This document shows, piece after piece, positions 1-12,093 of a stretch of DNA of 64,000 nt. Source of the stretch: Felis catus (Eukaryota); NCBI RefSeq assembly GCF_018350175.1, contig NC_058369.1, positions 17,052,001 to 17,116,000 of the forward strand. The letters run 5' to 3'. The translations under genes were made by a program, and so were the position numbers. Under the pieces are notes generated by a model. That model worked only from the letters and a program-made list of their open reading frames with translations. It made no database searches and was not told where the DNA came from. Position 1 is the first letter of the stretch. Every line of letters begins with the position of its first letter.

Positions 1-639
1 TGCAGACTGACACAGACCCATGAGGTGATGCCTACCCAACATGCACTGGGCTATGGCTGCAGGCTCTTGCCATCAGGGCCCAGTGGTGCCATTTCCGAAG
101 CTAGGTGCTCAGTGGCAGTGGCCTGTTTACCTATTTCCCTATTTCTTTACGGCAACAAGCTGTGATAGGGCAGCTTTAGGGTTTTCCCAGGGCATAAACC
201 CAATGGCTGCAAAAAAAACTTCTTTTTCTTGATCTAAATCCTGAAGCCTTCTGAAAACCAAAGTTTTCCTACCTTCCTGTCATAGCAGGGCAAGAAAGCC
301 ACTGAGACACAGATGTACAGGGTACAAGAGAACAATAGCTCCTTGAGAGAGGTGGCAGCAGACAGGAAGGATCAGAGGAAAAATAGTTGACTTCTACTTA
401 GGCAGACAAACACTTCTCAGGAAAGGAAGGGGCATGAAGAGCAGTCAATATCCATCCAGAGGTTACTGCTGTCACGCTATACAACTCACGGTGTGGGTGC
501 ATCTAGGGCAATGCATTTAGGGAACAGATAGCGGGAGACAAGGATGTCATTCTCAGTCAGGGTCTACAATTTGCCAGGCAATGACAGCTATCTCACTGAA
601 ATCTCTGGGCTGTCAGGCAGACTGGAAGACAGAAAGAGC

Positions 640-770
640 CCAGTTTCAAGATAAGGAAATGAAGTCTCAGAGAGACTATGTAATTTGGCCCCAAATCCCA
701 AGAACAGAGACAGAGAAGATTCAAACTCAGGTCTGTCTGCTCCCAAGGCTCGTTCTCTTTTCCTTAACAC
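640..770 (-). mobile_element. MIR fragment
   Basis: Degenerate MIR core gataaggaaatgaagtctcagagag...ttcaaactcaggtctgtctg. Confidence 0.6.
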
Positions 771-1226
771 CTACACTACCTTACCTTGATGGAGGAGCTC
801 TCTTCTTGGAAAAGATGTTTTCTAACATAAAATTTGAAATGGGGCAGAATTTAAGAGGACTGGTAAGAGAACAGAATCAATTTCTCGAAATACAAACTCT
901 GTCCTCTTGAAATCTAAACATTCCTGTGTTCTTTCTGGTGTCTGACAAAGCTCTTATCACTTTTACAAGGATGACAATGTCTGAAAGTACTTTCATGACC
1001 TTTTACTAAACAGGAAGAGATCTGGCCCACATGAATGTGAAATGCACAGGAGTAGACCTTATGAAGCAAAAAAGGGTGCACTTGTATGTGTCTTCCAGGA
1101 AAAAAAAAAAATTCAGGTATCTCCTTCCCTGGTAGAGAGGGAGGTGAGAGAGATAGACGACATGAGGCTTTGAGACAGCAGCATCAAAGCAAAAACTGGT
1201 GGGAGTTTGACCTACATACAAGCTCT

Positions 1227-1229
<3 letters not shown>

Positions 1230-1261
<32 letters not shown>
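1230..1261. repeat. (CA)n microsatellite
   Basis: Direct dinucleotide run. Confidence 0.95.
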
Positions 1262-1263
<2 letters not shown>

Positions 1264-2348
1264 CAAAAACAGCAGGCATCCAAAGCCTGAAAAATGGAAA
1301 GGTTTGCTAAAATTAGGTTTAGCCTAGTGGAAAAATCCCTCACACTCTCTCAGGTTTATTAGCTCTTTTACTAAAGCATGATACCCAACATGCCTGGTGG
1401 AATATTTAAGGATTTTTATTTTTGGGGATGGGAGAGGCAGGTGGCAGAAGAACATGAAACTAGGAAAGGAAACTCGTGAATTTCCAATCTTGAACACATT
1501 TCATTGCTCCGTTTCTAACTGTCCACAACACATCCACTGGCTGAGTGCCCCGGAGAACGGAAATAACACAATCGGGGCCAAGTGAGGGGAAGCCCAGGCT
1601 CCTAGGGGACTCCTCCTTCTGCAGAGCTTCCGGGGGGGGGGGGCGCCTGCAACAGACATTCTTTGTTGAAGACTGGGTCCTCACTGTTCTCTTTGTAAGG
1701 GGAACCTGCTACTCCGGAAAGTGGCTCAGGATCCTTGTTATCCACGTGACGCAAGCAGGACTGAAGGCCCAGCAGATACTAAAAACTTGGCCAATGTGAT
1801 GAGCCATTCCTTTTTCCTTTTTGGTGTGGGGCTGGGAGTTCAGGGGGTGGGCTGGGAAGGGATGACTGGTTGGAATCCTTTCCTAAGCACCGTTTCTCAC
1901 GGGTAGGGTTGTGTACGTGAGTCTAACCTGGGGGTTTAAAAGTCAAGTGACTAATGCCTTGGTGGAAATTTCCTTAAACAACCAACATTTTACTAATTCT
2001 AGTTTTATCATTAAAACATCATCTATACCATGTCTGAGTTCTCATCAATTCAGACCAATTCCTATTCTGGTTTTTTAAGGCACTTCTAGAAATTCTTCTA
2101 CTATTAATCATGAGGAAACCATAAAGGTATTTAAGCCAGTGTGTCCTTTTCCTTTTCACGCACAGAGGCTTCCTCAATGCAGGCAGCTCATTCCAGATCC
2201 ATGAAAATTCCAGAGTGCTTCATTTACTATAAATGCCCAGGGGAAAGGAGGGCAGAGCTTACACCACACCTATGTACTAGATTTTTGTCATTTCCTTTTG
2301 ACTCAACTCACTGACATGTCATGCTCCTTTAAGAAGGGGCCGAGGCCT

Positions 2349-2783
2349 GGGGCACATGGGTGGCTCAGCTGGTTAAGCATCCAATTTCAGCTCATGATCT
2401 CAAGGTCCATGGGTCTGAGCCCTGCATTGTGCCTGATGCTGACAGCTCAGAGCCTGGAGCCTGCTTGGATTCTGTGTCTCCCTCTCTCTCTCTGTGCCTC
2501 CCCTGCTCTGTCTGTCTCTCTCTCAAAAATTAAGAAACATTGGGGAGCCTGGGTGGCGCAGTCGGTTAAGCGTCCGACTTCAGCCAGCTCACAATCTCGC
2601 GGTCCGGGAGTTCGAGCCCCGCGTCAGGCTCTGGGCTGATGGCTCAGAGCCTGGAGCCTGTTTCCGATTCTGTGTCTCCCTCTCTCTCTGCCCCTCCCCC
2701 GTTCATGCTCTGTCTCTCTCTGTCCCAAAAATAAATAAACGTTGAAAAAAAAAAATTAAGAAACATTAAAAAAAAAAAAAAAA
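2349..2783 (+). mobile_element. Older Can-SINE whose A-tail is split by a younger SINE
   Basis: Head ggggcacatgggtggctcag, (CT)n segment; tail resumes at 2768. Confidence 0.9.
2542..2752 (+). mobile_element. Young SINEC_Fc-type SINE (nested)
   Basis: CpG-rich; TSD aaaattaagaaacatt on both sides. Confidence 0.95.
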
Positions 2784-2841
2784 GAATAGGGTGAAGTCCT
2801 TGGGAGTACTGACCACTTTACATTAAAAGAGACCTTCACTT

Positions 2842-3052
2842 GGGGCGCCTGGGTGGCTCAGTCGGTTAAGCATCCAACTTCAGCTCAGGTCATGATCTCA
2901 CAGCTCGTGGGTTCGAGCCCCGCATCGGGCTCTGTGCTGACAGCTTGGAGCCTGGAGCCTGCTTTGGATTCTGTGTCTTCCTCTCTGCCCTAAGCCACTC
3001 ACATTTTGTCTCTGTCTCTCTCAAAAATAAATAAATATTAAAAAAAAAAAAA
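2842..3052 (+). mobile_element. Can-SINE
   Basis: Full head, body and tail; TSD attaaaagagaccttcac. Confidence 0.95.
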
Positions 3053-3265
3053 ATTAAAAGAGACCTTCACAGGAACATGACAGGACAGTCCACTCACCAC
3101 TGTTGTTCAACATAGTACTGGAAGTCCTAGCTTCGCAATCAGACAACAGAAAGTAATAAAAGCCATACAAATTGGGAAGGAAGAAGTTAAATTTTCACTC
3201 TTCACAAATGACATGATACTCTACTTGGAAAACCCGAAAGACTCCATCAAAAAACTATTAGAACT

Positions 3266-3470
3266 GGGGCGCATGGGTGGCTCAGTCGGTTGAGCGTCCG
3301 ACTTCAGCCCGGGTCATGATCTCACAGTCCGTGAGTTTGAGCCCCACGTCGGGCTCTGTGCTGACAGCTCAGCGCCTGGAGCCTGCTTTGGATTCTGTGT
3401 CTCCCTCTCTCTCTCTCTGCCCCTAACCCACTTGCATTCTGTCTCTCTCAAAATTAAATAAACATTAAAA
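3266..3470 (+). mobile_element. Can-SINE nested in L1
   Basis: TSD aaaaaacta(t/c)tagaact. Confidence 0.93.
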
Positions 3471-3711
3471 AACTACTAGAACTTATACATGAATTCAGCA
3501 AAATCTCAGGATATAAAATCAACATACAGAAATTGGTTGCATTTCTATACACGAATAATGAAGCAGCAGCAGGAGAAATCAAGGAATCGATGCCATTTAT
3601 GACTGCACCAAAAACCATAAGATACACAGGAATAAACCTCACCAAAGAGATAAAAGATCTGTACGCTGCAAACTATAGAACGAAACTGAAGAAATGAAAG
3701 AAACTGAAGAA

Positions 3712-3916
3712 GGGGCACCTGCATGGATGGCTCTGTCAGTTGAGCGTGCAACTCTTTATTTTGGCTCAGGTCATGATCTTACAGTTCGTGGGTTTGAGCC
3801 CCATATCGGCTCTGTGCTATCCGCACAGAGTCTGCTTGGGATTCTCATCTCTTCTCTCTGCTCCTCCCCTGCTCGTGCTCTCCCTCTTAAAGTAAATAAA
3901 TAAATTTTTTTAAAAA
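3712..3916 (+). mobile_element. Older Can-SINE nested in L1
   Basis: Head ggggcacctgcatggatggctc; cctgcttgggattctc-type body. Confidence 0.9.
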
Positions 3917-5170
3917 GTTAAAGAAGCCACAAAGAAATAGAAAGACATTTCATGTTCATGGATCAGAAGAACAAACATTGTTAAAATGCCTCTACTACCC
4001 AAAGCAATCTACACCTTCAGTGCAATCCCTATCAAAGTAACACCAGCATTCTTCACAGAGCTAGAACAAACAATTATAAAATTTGTATGGAATTAGAAAA
4101 GACCCTGAATAGCTCAAGTAATGTTGAAAAAGAAAACCAAAGCGGAGGCATCATAATTCCAGACTTAAAGCTGTATTACAAAGCCATAATCATCACAAAG
4201 TCAGTATGGTACTGGCACACAGACGCACAGATGAACAGAAAAGAGTACAGAACTCAGAAATGGACCACAGCTATATGGCCAACTAATCTTTGACAAAGCA
4301 GGAAAGAATATCCAATGAAAAAAGACGGTCTCTTCAGCAAATGATGCTGGGGAAACTGGATACCAACATGCAGAAAAATGAAATTGGCCCACTCTCTTAG
4401 ACCATACCAAAAAAAAAAAGGATGCAAGACCTAAATGTGAGACAGGAAACCATCAAAATCGTAACCTCTTTGACTTTAGCCACAGCAATTTCTTACTAGA
4501 CATGTCTGTGGAGGCAAGGGAAACAAAAGCAAAAATGAACTACTGGGACCTCATCAAGATAAAAAGCTTCTGCACAGTGAAGGAAACAATCAAGACTAAA
4601 AGGCAACTGACGGAATGGGAGAAGATATTTGCAAATGACATATTAGATAAAGGGTTAATATCCAAAAATCTATAAAGAACTTATCAAACTCAACAACCAA
4701 AAAACAAATAATCCAGTGAAGAAACGGGCAGAAGACGTGAATAGACACTTTTCCAAAGAAGACATCCAGATGGAAAACAGATACATGAAAAGATGCTCAA
4801 CCATCAGGGAAATACAAATCAAAACCACGATGAGATAGCACCACACATCTGTCATAATAGCTAAAAGTAACAACTCAGGAAACAACAGATGTTGGTGAGG
4901 ATGCAGAAAGAGGAGAACCCTCTTGCACCGTTGGTGGGAGTGCAAACTAGTGGCAATGTAATCTGGAAAACAGTATGGAGGTTCCTCAAAAAATTAAAAA
5001 ATAATAGAACTTCCCTATGACCCAGCAATTGCTCTACTAGGTATTTATCCAAAGTATAAAAAAATGCTGATTTGAAGGGGTACATGCACCCCAATGTTTA
5101 TGGCAGTGCTATCAACAATAGCCAAATTATGGAAGGAGCCCAAATGTCCATCGACTGATGAATGGACAGG

Positions 5171-5217
<47 letters not shown>

Positions 5218-6954
5218 TATTACTCGGCAATCAAAAGGAATGAAATCTTGCCATGTGCAACAATGTGGATGGAACTAGAGTGTATTACACTAGGCGAAAG
5301 AAGTCAAAGACAAATATGATTTCACTCGTATATGGAATTTAAGAAACAAAACAGATGAACATAGGGGAAGGGAAGGAAAAATAAGATAAAAATGGAGAGA
5401 GAGGCAAACCTTAAGAGACTCTTACATACAGAGGAGAAACTGAGGGTTGCTGGAGGGAAGTGGGTGAGAGGACGGGCTAGATGGGTGATGGGCATCAGGG
5501 AGAGCACCTGTTGGGATGAGCATTGGGTGTTACATGTACGTGATGAACCACTGGGTTCTATTCCTGAAGTGAATATTACACTGTATGTTAACTAACTTGA
5601 ATTTAAATAAATAAGTTAAAAAAAAAAAAAATAAAGGAGATCCACACAGTCAGAGGTGCCCTCTTGGCTCAGGTAAGCAGCACAATCAAGAACACCCCAG
5701 GAAGCAGCAGTCACTACCTAGGCCACTCTCCTGGTTCCCCATGTGCTGTCACTATACCCTGGTCAAAGGATACTATGTACCTGCTCAAAAACTTGTTGCT
5801 ATCATGACTGTTCAACTTGTGCCATCTGGGATGGTAGTTTCACAGGGAGTACTAGTAAGGCTTTAATTTAGAAATCTCTTCATGAAATCACAGTTTTCCA
5901 ATTTAAATGAAAAGATGAAATGCAGTGGTGTGTATTTTATCAGATTAGCAAAACCTAAAGGATGTACAAAGATGGCTGGGGCCACCTCCAGCTTCCATTT
6001 GCCCACTGTACACCAGAAACACACTACTACAGATACTTCCTTTGCCTTTTTGTTTGGTAGGGAACAGACCAACTTGGGACCCTCTGTCAGAGACAGGAAC
6101 AAAACACACACACAGCTGGAGCTCCTAAGTTATTTCCAAATAATAAGATCCAAGGAAGAGCAAGGACAGCATGAAGACAGTACTTTCTTTCTATACAAAA
6201 TTCTAAGGATCTGAATGAATTAAGGGGTAGTAGAGGAGGAAAACTGCAGAGGTTCAAACTAAATGCAATATATGCAGGTATAGGTTTCTACCAGCCACTT
6301 TGGGGACCAGGCCCATGCATCTGACAGCCTGGCAGATTCATGAGACTGAGCCACTATTTTTACGGGCTCTACCACTGACAGACAGTTTTGCGGAGAAAAG
6401 ATTACGTGGGATTTATCTCCATAATTATACCAACTCTAAGTCAGAAGGTTGGACAAATTAACCACCCAGTGATAAATCTGTCTTGACCTTTTCACCACTT
6501 CTCCAACCTTGCTGGTTTTTCAGAGGCTGATTTCCCCTTCCTTCAGACTATAAATTCTGGCCAAATACTAAAAGCTAGCCAACTGACCTGGATAATTATC
6601 CTCAGCTCCTAAAATAAATGCTGTGGCGTGTAAACTTTTCTAGAACTTGGGAAACAATAGTTGGAAGGACCAAGCTCAGAGTTAACTGACACCTGTAGCA
6701 AATCAGACTGAAGCTGAACTTCACCTAAAACACTACCCACTTCCTTACCTGCCCTGCTTTGAAGGCCCCTTTAGTGGATTGCTAGTCTATGGTGTACCAG
6801 ACTCACCTGTTACAACCAGCTTTTTCTGAACTGGTGACATGAAGGCAACTTTTAACTACTGGGTTCAATTTATTGTTCTTAATTTTACTCTTGAACACAC
6901 TTGATTTAATTTTGCATTTGAACTCCAGAACACTCCCACAACACAATTACGTTG

Positions 6955-7392
6955 AGCTGTTACAACTCTCTCACACACTGCTAGCATGTAAACTGACAGA
7001 ACCGTTTTGGAACACTACTGGCAGCATCTACTAATATGAACATACACATATCCTATGACCCATTCTAGGTACTTTGGGGCACACACAACAGAAATGTATA
7101 CCTATGTTTATCATATGTTCAGAGCAACACTTACCATCTGTAAGAACGAACACCAGACAGAAGCAAAACTCACTGTGTGATTCCCTCTAGATAATACTCA
7201 CAACCAGCCCAACTAGTCTGTGCTGGTAGGAATCAGGACAGTTGTTGGTCCTGGAGGAAAGAAGACTGAGAGGAGTATCATGGGGGCTTCCGGGTATTGG
7301 TCACACAGGCATATTCTCTTTGTTAAAACTCACTAAATACTCATGATCTGTACCTCTTTCTTCATAGGTACATTCTATTTCAATAAAAAATT
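6955..7392 (+). mobile_element. Ancient L1M (L1ME-like) 3' end
   Basis: catatcctatgaccc, tgtgtgattcc and tgggggcttc motifs; ends tatttcaataaaaaa. Confidence 0.65.
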
Positions 7393-7634
7393 GTAAGAAA
7401 AAAGATGATCTCATGACAGATTTTTAAAAACCCAGTCTCCACATACATGCAATGATCCTTTTCTTTAAAATTCACTGAAGAAAAGCTTATTTCTGTGAGA
7501 AAGTAAAAAGAGAAAACGCCCTATTCCTATTCTAAAGGCTATTTTTATGAACTCTAGTTCCTTTGGCATGGTCTCCCTAAGAGAAATAGCTGTATCTGAA
7601 TCTGCTGTAAGCCCCCTCTTAGTGCTGTCACGGG

Positions 7635-7775
7635 GCAGCATCGTGGGGTCACTCTGGAATCAGATGGAGCCCAGCACAAATCCCGGCTCCACCATGCAAG
7701 GTCACGTGGTCCTCACCATGCACGCATAGTTCCTGAACTGTGAAGTGAGCGAAAACAATACAGGTGACAGGCCTT
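7635..7775 (+). mobile_element. MIR fragment
   Basis: ctctggaatcagat...aaatcccggctccacca motif. Confidence 0.5.
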
Positions 7776-8854
7776 GCATGCAAACATTTGTCCTCACCAG
7801 GGCGTGAATTTAGGGAAGAAGGCAGCATCTCTCTTCCCATCTTTTATGAGCTAGACGCAGATGTTAGAGCTCTTTAGGAGTCCTCGGTGAACAGTTACTG
7901 CGGATGATGCCACTTAACACCAGCCAGAATCGAGACCAAGTAGCGACAGTGAACTTTTAACCCAGTAGCTTTAGGAACAAAATTTTAAAAATAACTACTG
8001 TTTCTAAAAAATCACTTTGTGGTCTTCATTCTGTTAAGCATTTGTATCTTCTAAAGTTTAACTTTGAAGAAAATTAGATCTCATACAGAGAATTTAAGAT
8101 ATGCTCAAGCAGACAGAAAGACTGAGGGAGAAGGATCCTATGTTGTGAGCAGGGCAGACCCCAAAGACTACATCCACAAATATCATGTAGATCAAGTGGC
8201 AAGTCTGATGGTGGGTTATAAATTCCCCAGGGGCCATTTAAGAGTCGTGTGTGAAATGAAGGCCTCCCAACTGAAGTCAACCTAGCCCCAGCCTGGGGTA
8301 AAGCCAATAAAAACTAATACCTAAAACATGTTTTGGGTTGTGAATTAAAAGATCCATGTTGATAATACAAGTTGCCAGATCATAGTTTTTTTCAGTCATG
8401 GCTTCCTCAGGCAAACATGCCTGGTTATTTCCATGAGCAGATTTAGAAAATTTGTCATCTGAGGAAGTCAGGCTGTTATTAGTCATGTTGGGACCTTCTT
8501 TGGCTTCCAAGGGTCACTTTCCGTTACCTTAGTTCATTTCTACATGCCTTGGCCAAAGAATTTGCATCCCACCCCAAGAAGCACAAGCCTGGGCTCTGCT
8601 AGACACCTGGCACGCTGCTGTAGGGTAATTACGAAAACCCTCCAGGACGACTGTTACTTGAGCAAAGTGACATACGGCACACACCCATATGCACTGCTCT
8701 CCGCAGAGGGAAGAAATGTTGGGGGAGGGGGGAGCACGAAGAAAAGCTGAAATGAAAGGTACGTTTTAGGTTTTCAAGATGTGGGTAGGTAGTTTTGGGT
8801 AGGTAAGTTTAAAAGGACTGTGAGATCAACTTTCAAGGTGGTCAAAAGGTGGCA

Positions 8855-9948
8855 AGTAGTTGCCAACTTGAAAGGGCTCCCGTCAGCTAAAGACAGAACA
8901 ATCTGAGCACCAACAAGAATAATGTCCATAATAGATTAAAACACATAACATACACAAAAATATGTAAATTCACAATACTAAAAACATATACACACAACGG
9001 GGGGGGGGGGAACCCCTTATTGTCACCTTTGGTGCAGGCGGCAGTGGTTAGTAACTCATTATCCATGTAACCGATAAAGAGAAAGGATGAAGCATTTACT
9101 CAGTCTTTCCTGTAAGGACTCATTTTCAGGATAACTAAATGATTGACCAAAAAAAAAATTTTTTTAAGTTAAAGAATCACTGCTAATAAATGAAGAAGAC
9201 ATAGAAATAAATGCAGAAGGAATAATCAACTTAGACATCTCACCATTTTGCAACACCTGATGGTTTAAATAGCGGATCTACAAAGCAATTCTCAAAGGCA
9301 GGTAAAATCTTTGGTGAAGTCTGATGGGGAATGCATCGACCAGCCTAACAACACCAGAACTACTAACCAACCCTACTGTCACCAAGAGAGACAACCGAAA
9401 TTACAGTAAAACTGCCAGCTCCCAAAAAGTGAACCTGAACCTGGTAAAACATTCAGAGCAAGCCTCTGGATTATGGGAGAGGTGTTGAGAGAGATGAAGT
9501 GGGGAGAAGAACATACAAAATGGCACTACGCACCTAAAGGGGACATGCAGGCACGGTCAAAACCCTAGTTTCTTCAATACTTGAATGACATTTGAAAAAA
9601 AAAAGGAGGGGAGGTGAACTATTACCACATTAAAACAGTTTTAAGAGAACAAATACAATGTGTGGACCTTATTTGAACCCTGATTCCAACAAATGAAGCA
9701 TCCGAAGACATTCAGCTAATGGTACTAAGAGTTATGGTTACTTTCACCGGTGTCATGATAGTTATGTTAAAGAGTAAGATTTCCATTGGTTAGAGATACA
9801 TTCTGAAGTCTATTTCTTGCCCCAAAGTGAGGAGAAACAGATAAAATATTGATAACTGAGGCTGTACAACAGGTATGTAGGGAGGATTATTATACTATTC
9901 TCTCTACTTTTGTCTATGATAGAAGATTCCTATAACAAAAAGTTTAAA
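8855..9948 (+). mobile_element. Ancient L1MC-like 3' region
   Basis: caacttgaaagggctccc, caccattttgcaac and aatgtgtggacctt motifs; terminus ctctctacttttgtctatg...aaaagtttaaaa. Confidence 0.65.
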
Positions 9949-10333
9949 ATGGCACAAAAGGCGATGGGTATTGAAGCTGGGTCATAAGAATTCATGGCAC
10001 TATGCTTTTTTGTGTGTGTCTATCTTTAGTTAGACTTGTAAGTTTAACCTGTAAGTTAAAAAAAAAAAAATGTAGATAATCCAAGGATGAATTTTTAAGG
10101 AACTATGGGATCTGTCTGCCACTAAGAGACTGACCAAGGAAAGGCATCACATCAGGAACAGAACATGGCAGGCATTATGTGGTGGTGGCTATACAACCAG
10201 ATTTCATTTGCCTACCATGACCTGGATGACAATGAACATGACAGTCACAGTTCATGTCTTGAAAGGTTAGCTCCTTTCATGCTATGCCACAGGGATGACC
10301 CAGTCTTGTCTGTGAGCAGAGTGTGCCTCTCAC

Positions 10334-10595
10334 CTGGCTGGGGTGGATGAGGTGGTGGCATCTGGTGGTGCATGAGAGGGTAGGGAGGAGGCTGCTGATG
10401 AGGCATCATGCCGGGGTGCCCCGCTGCTCCGAGTGGTGCCAGGCCAGGTCCTCCTGAGTGCTGGTGTGCCTGCTGAGGGTTCTGCCCATGCTGCTGCTGT
10501 TCCATTTGCTGTCGGGCTCGCAATTCAGCGTATTTCAGCTGTTCCATGTGGAAGTTCTGGCGTTCAGTAAGCAACTGCTGCCTCTGTTGTTCTAA
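10334..10595 (-). CDS. SMARCC1: SMARCC1 coding exon (~exon 26), 262 nt, [41 protein letters not shown]...HPPQP(G)
   Basis: Acceptor TTTCTTTTTCTTAACAG|TTA, donor CCAG|GTGAGA; overlaps ORF 10245..10574; the Pro/Gln/His-rich tail fits SMARCC1 rather than SMARCC2. Confidence 0.97.
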
Positions 10596-11063
10596 CTGTT
10601 AAGAAAAAGAAAGGAAAGAGAAATGACACCATGAGAGGTTCTCAGGAATGGATGACACATAGGACACCTACCTGATGCCTGAACTCCCTATACCGCATCA
10701 CAGTACATAGCCACCTCACCTCCTGCACGATCTACAGTGAGAAAAGGCATTATTTCTTGAGTAGCAGATTTCCACTTGGACACTTGTTAACAAGATCAAG
10801 GTCTTTGTGTTATGTACAAGGTCTGCTTTTCTTTACAACCTTCACCCAGTGAGGTTAACTGTTCTCTGGGCCCACCCAGTATACATGTAATCCTCTGTTT
10901 GGCAGGCCTTCAGATATGTAAAAATAGTTTCCATGACTGCTTTAATATTCGCCAGGTAAAACAAGCCTCTCCTGTCCTTTTAATAGTCCCCTCAACTGCT
11001 AAAATTTCAAGTCCACACAACCTTCCCAGGTGCTCTCTTCTGGACATGATCTTTTGGTTACTA

Positions 11064-11280
11064 TTTTTTTTTTTTAACGTTTTATTTATTTTTGAGAAAA
11101 AGAGAGACAGACCATGAGTAGGGGAAGAGGCAGAGACAGAGGGAGACACAAAACCCGAAGCAGGCTTCAGGCTCTGGGCTGTCAGCACAGAGCCTGACAC
11201 GGGCCTCAAACTCACTAGCCATGAGACCATGACCCGAGCCAAAGTCAAATGCTCAACTGCCAGAGCAGCCCAGATGCCCC
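11064..11280 (-). mobile_element. Can-SINE
   Basis: Reverse-complement SINE; TSD tggttactatttt. Confidence 0.93.
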
Positions 11281-11821
11281 TGGTTACTATTTTAGAACAT
11301 GACACAGAGTTAAATCCTCTGAATAGTGGATGTGGCCTTAGCTGCAAATATACACACTTTTCTCTGTGGAGCTTGACAGTGCCACTGCAAATCTTAGCTT
11401 TCAAGTACCCAAAATTATACTGGGTGACACATTCACAGAATATCTCAGATGCCTAAATAAAGATGTGCATGAATCTTGGTTTAAAGAATGTAAGTAAGCA
11501 TTTCAATACTCAAGATAATCTTTCTGGGACCCAAGTTAAAATAAAGAGAAATAAGCAATTATATGTGCCAGGAAATCCAGAAACCATATGCCTGACAGTA
11601 GTTCAGAGGATGAAGCACACCTCATATGCTATCAAAATTGATTTGATTCAGGCCTGAAAAAGAAAATCAACTTGAACATGAAAAAAAATAAAAATCCAGA
11701 TTTCTCGAAGAAGTGTAAAGATTTTAAGGAGGGTTAACGGATCTATTTTCTTCCAATAATGTTCGATCCCACCATTTTCAATGGCAAGACGTAAGTCACT
11801 GGGAGACCTTTTTTGAGCTTT

Positions 11822-12093
11822 TTCTGTCTAACACAGCAGCCATAAGCCACAAATGGCTCCTGAGCACTTGAAATGTGGCTAATCTGAAGTGGTATGTGTT
11901 GTAAATATCAAACACACTGAATTCCGAGGTCTTAGTATGGAAAGCAATTGATTTTTCATGCTGATTACATATTCAAATAATATTTTGTATGTACTAGATG
12001 AAATAAACATAATTTCACCTTTTATTAATGTGGCTACCAGAAAATTTTAAATGACATATATGGTTCACACTGTATTTGTGTTGGATAGCACTA
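11822..12093 (-). mobile_element. MER33/MER3-like hAT-Charlie non-autonomous DNA transposon
   Basis: agccacaaatggct..gagcacttgaaatgtggct; terminus ttggatagcact. Confidence 0.7.

Larger units (their letters stand above)
3073..5631 (+). mobile_element. 5'-truncated carnivore L1 (degenerate ORF2 from the RT domain to the C-terminus, 3'UTR, poly-A); antisense to SMARCC1
   Basis: Begins in the [16 protein letters not shown] RT motif; ORF 4087..4293 is L1 ORF2-like; G-rich 3'UTR and poly-A at ~5618-5631; interrupted by two SINEs and a (CA)n run at ~5174-5212. Confidence 0.93.

Noticed and set aside
2842..2920. tRNA-like A/B box sequence
   Set aside because: It is the tRNA-derived head of a SINE, followed by SINE body and tail; not a tRNA gene
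8277..8510. 77-aa minus-strand ORF as a possible alternative exon
   Set aside because: No recognisable homology and no convincing acceptor
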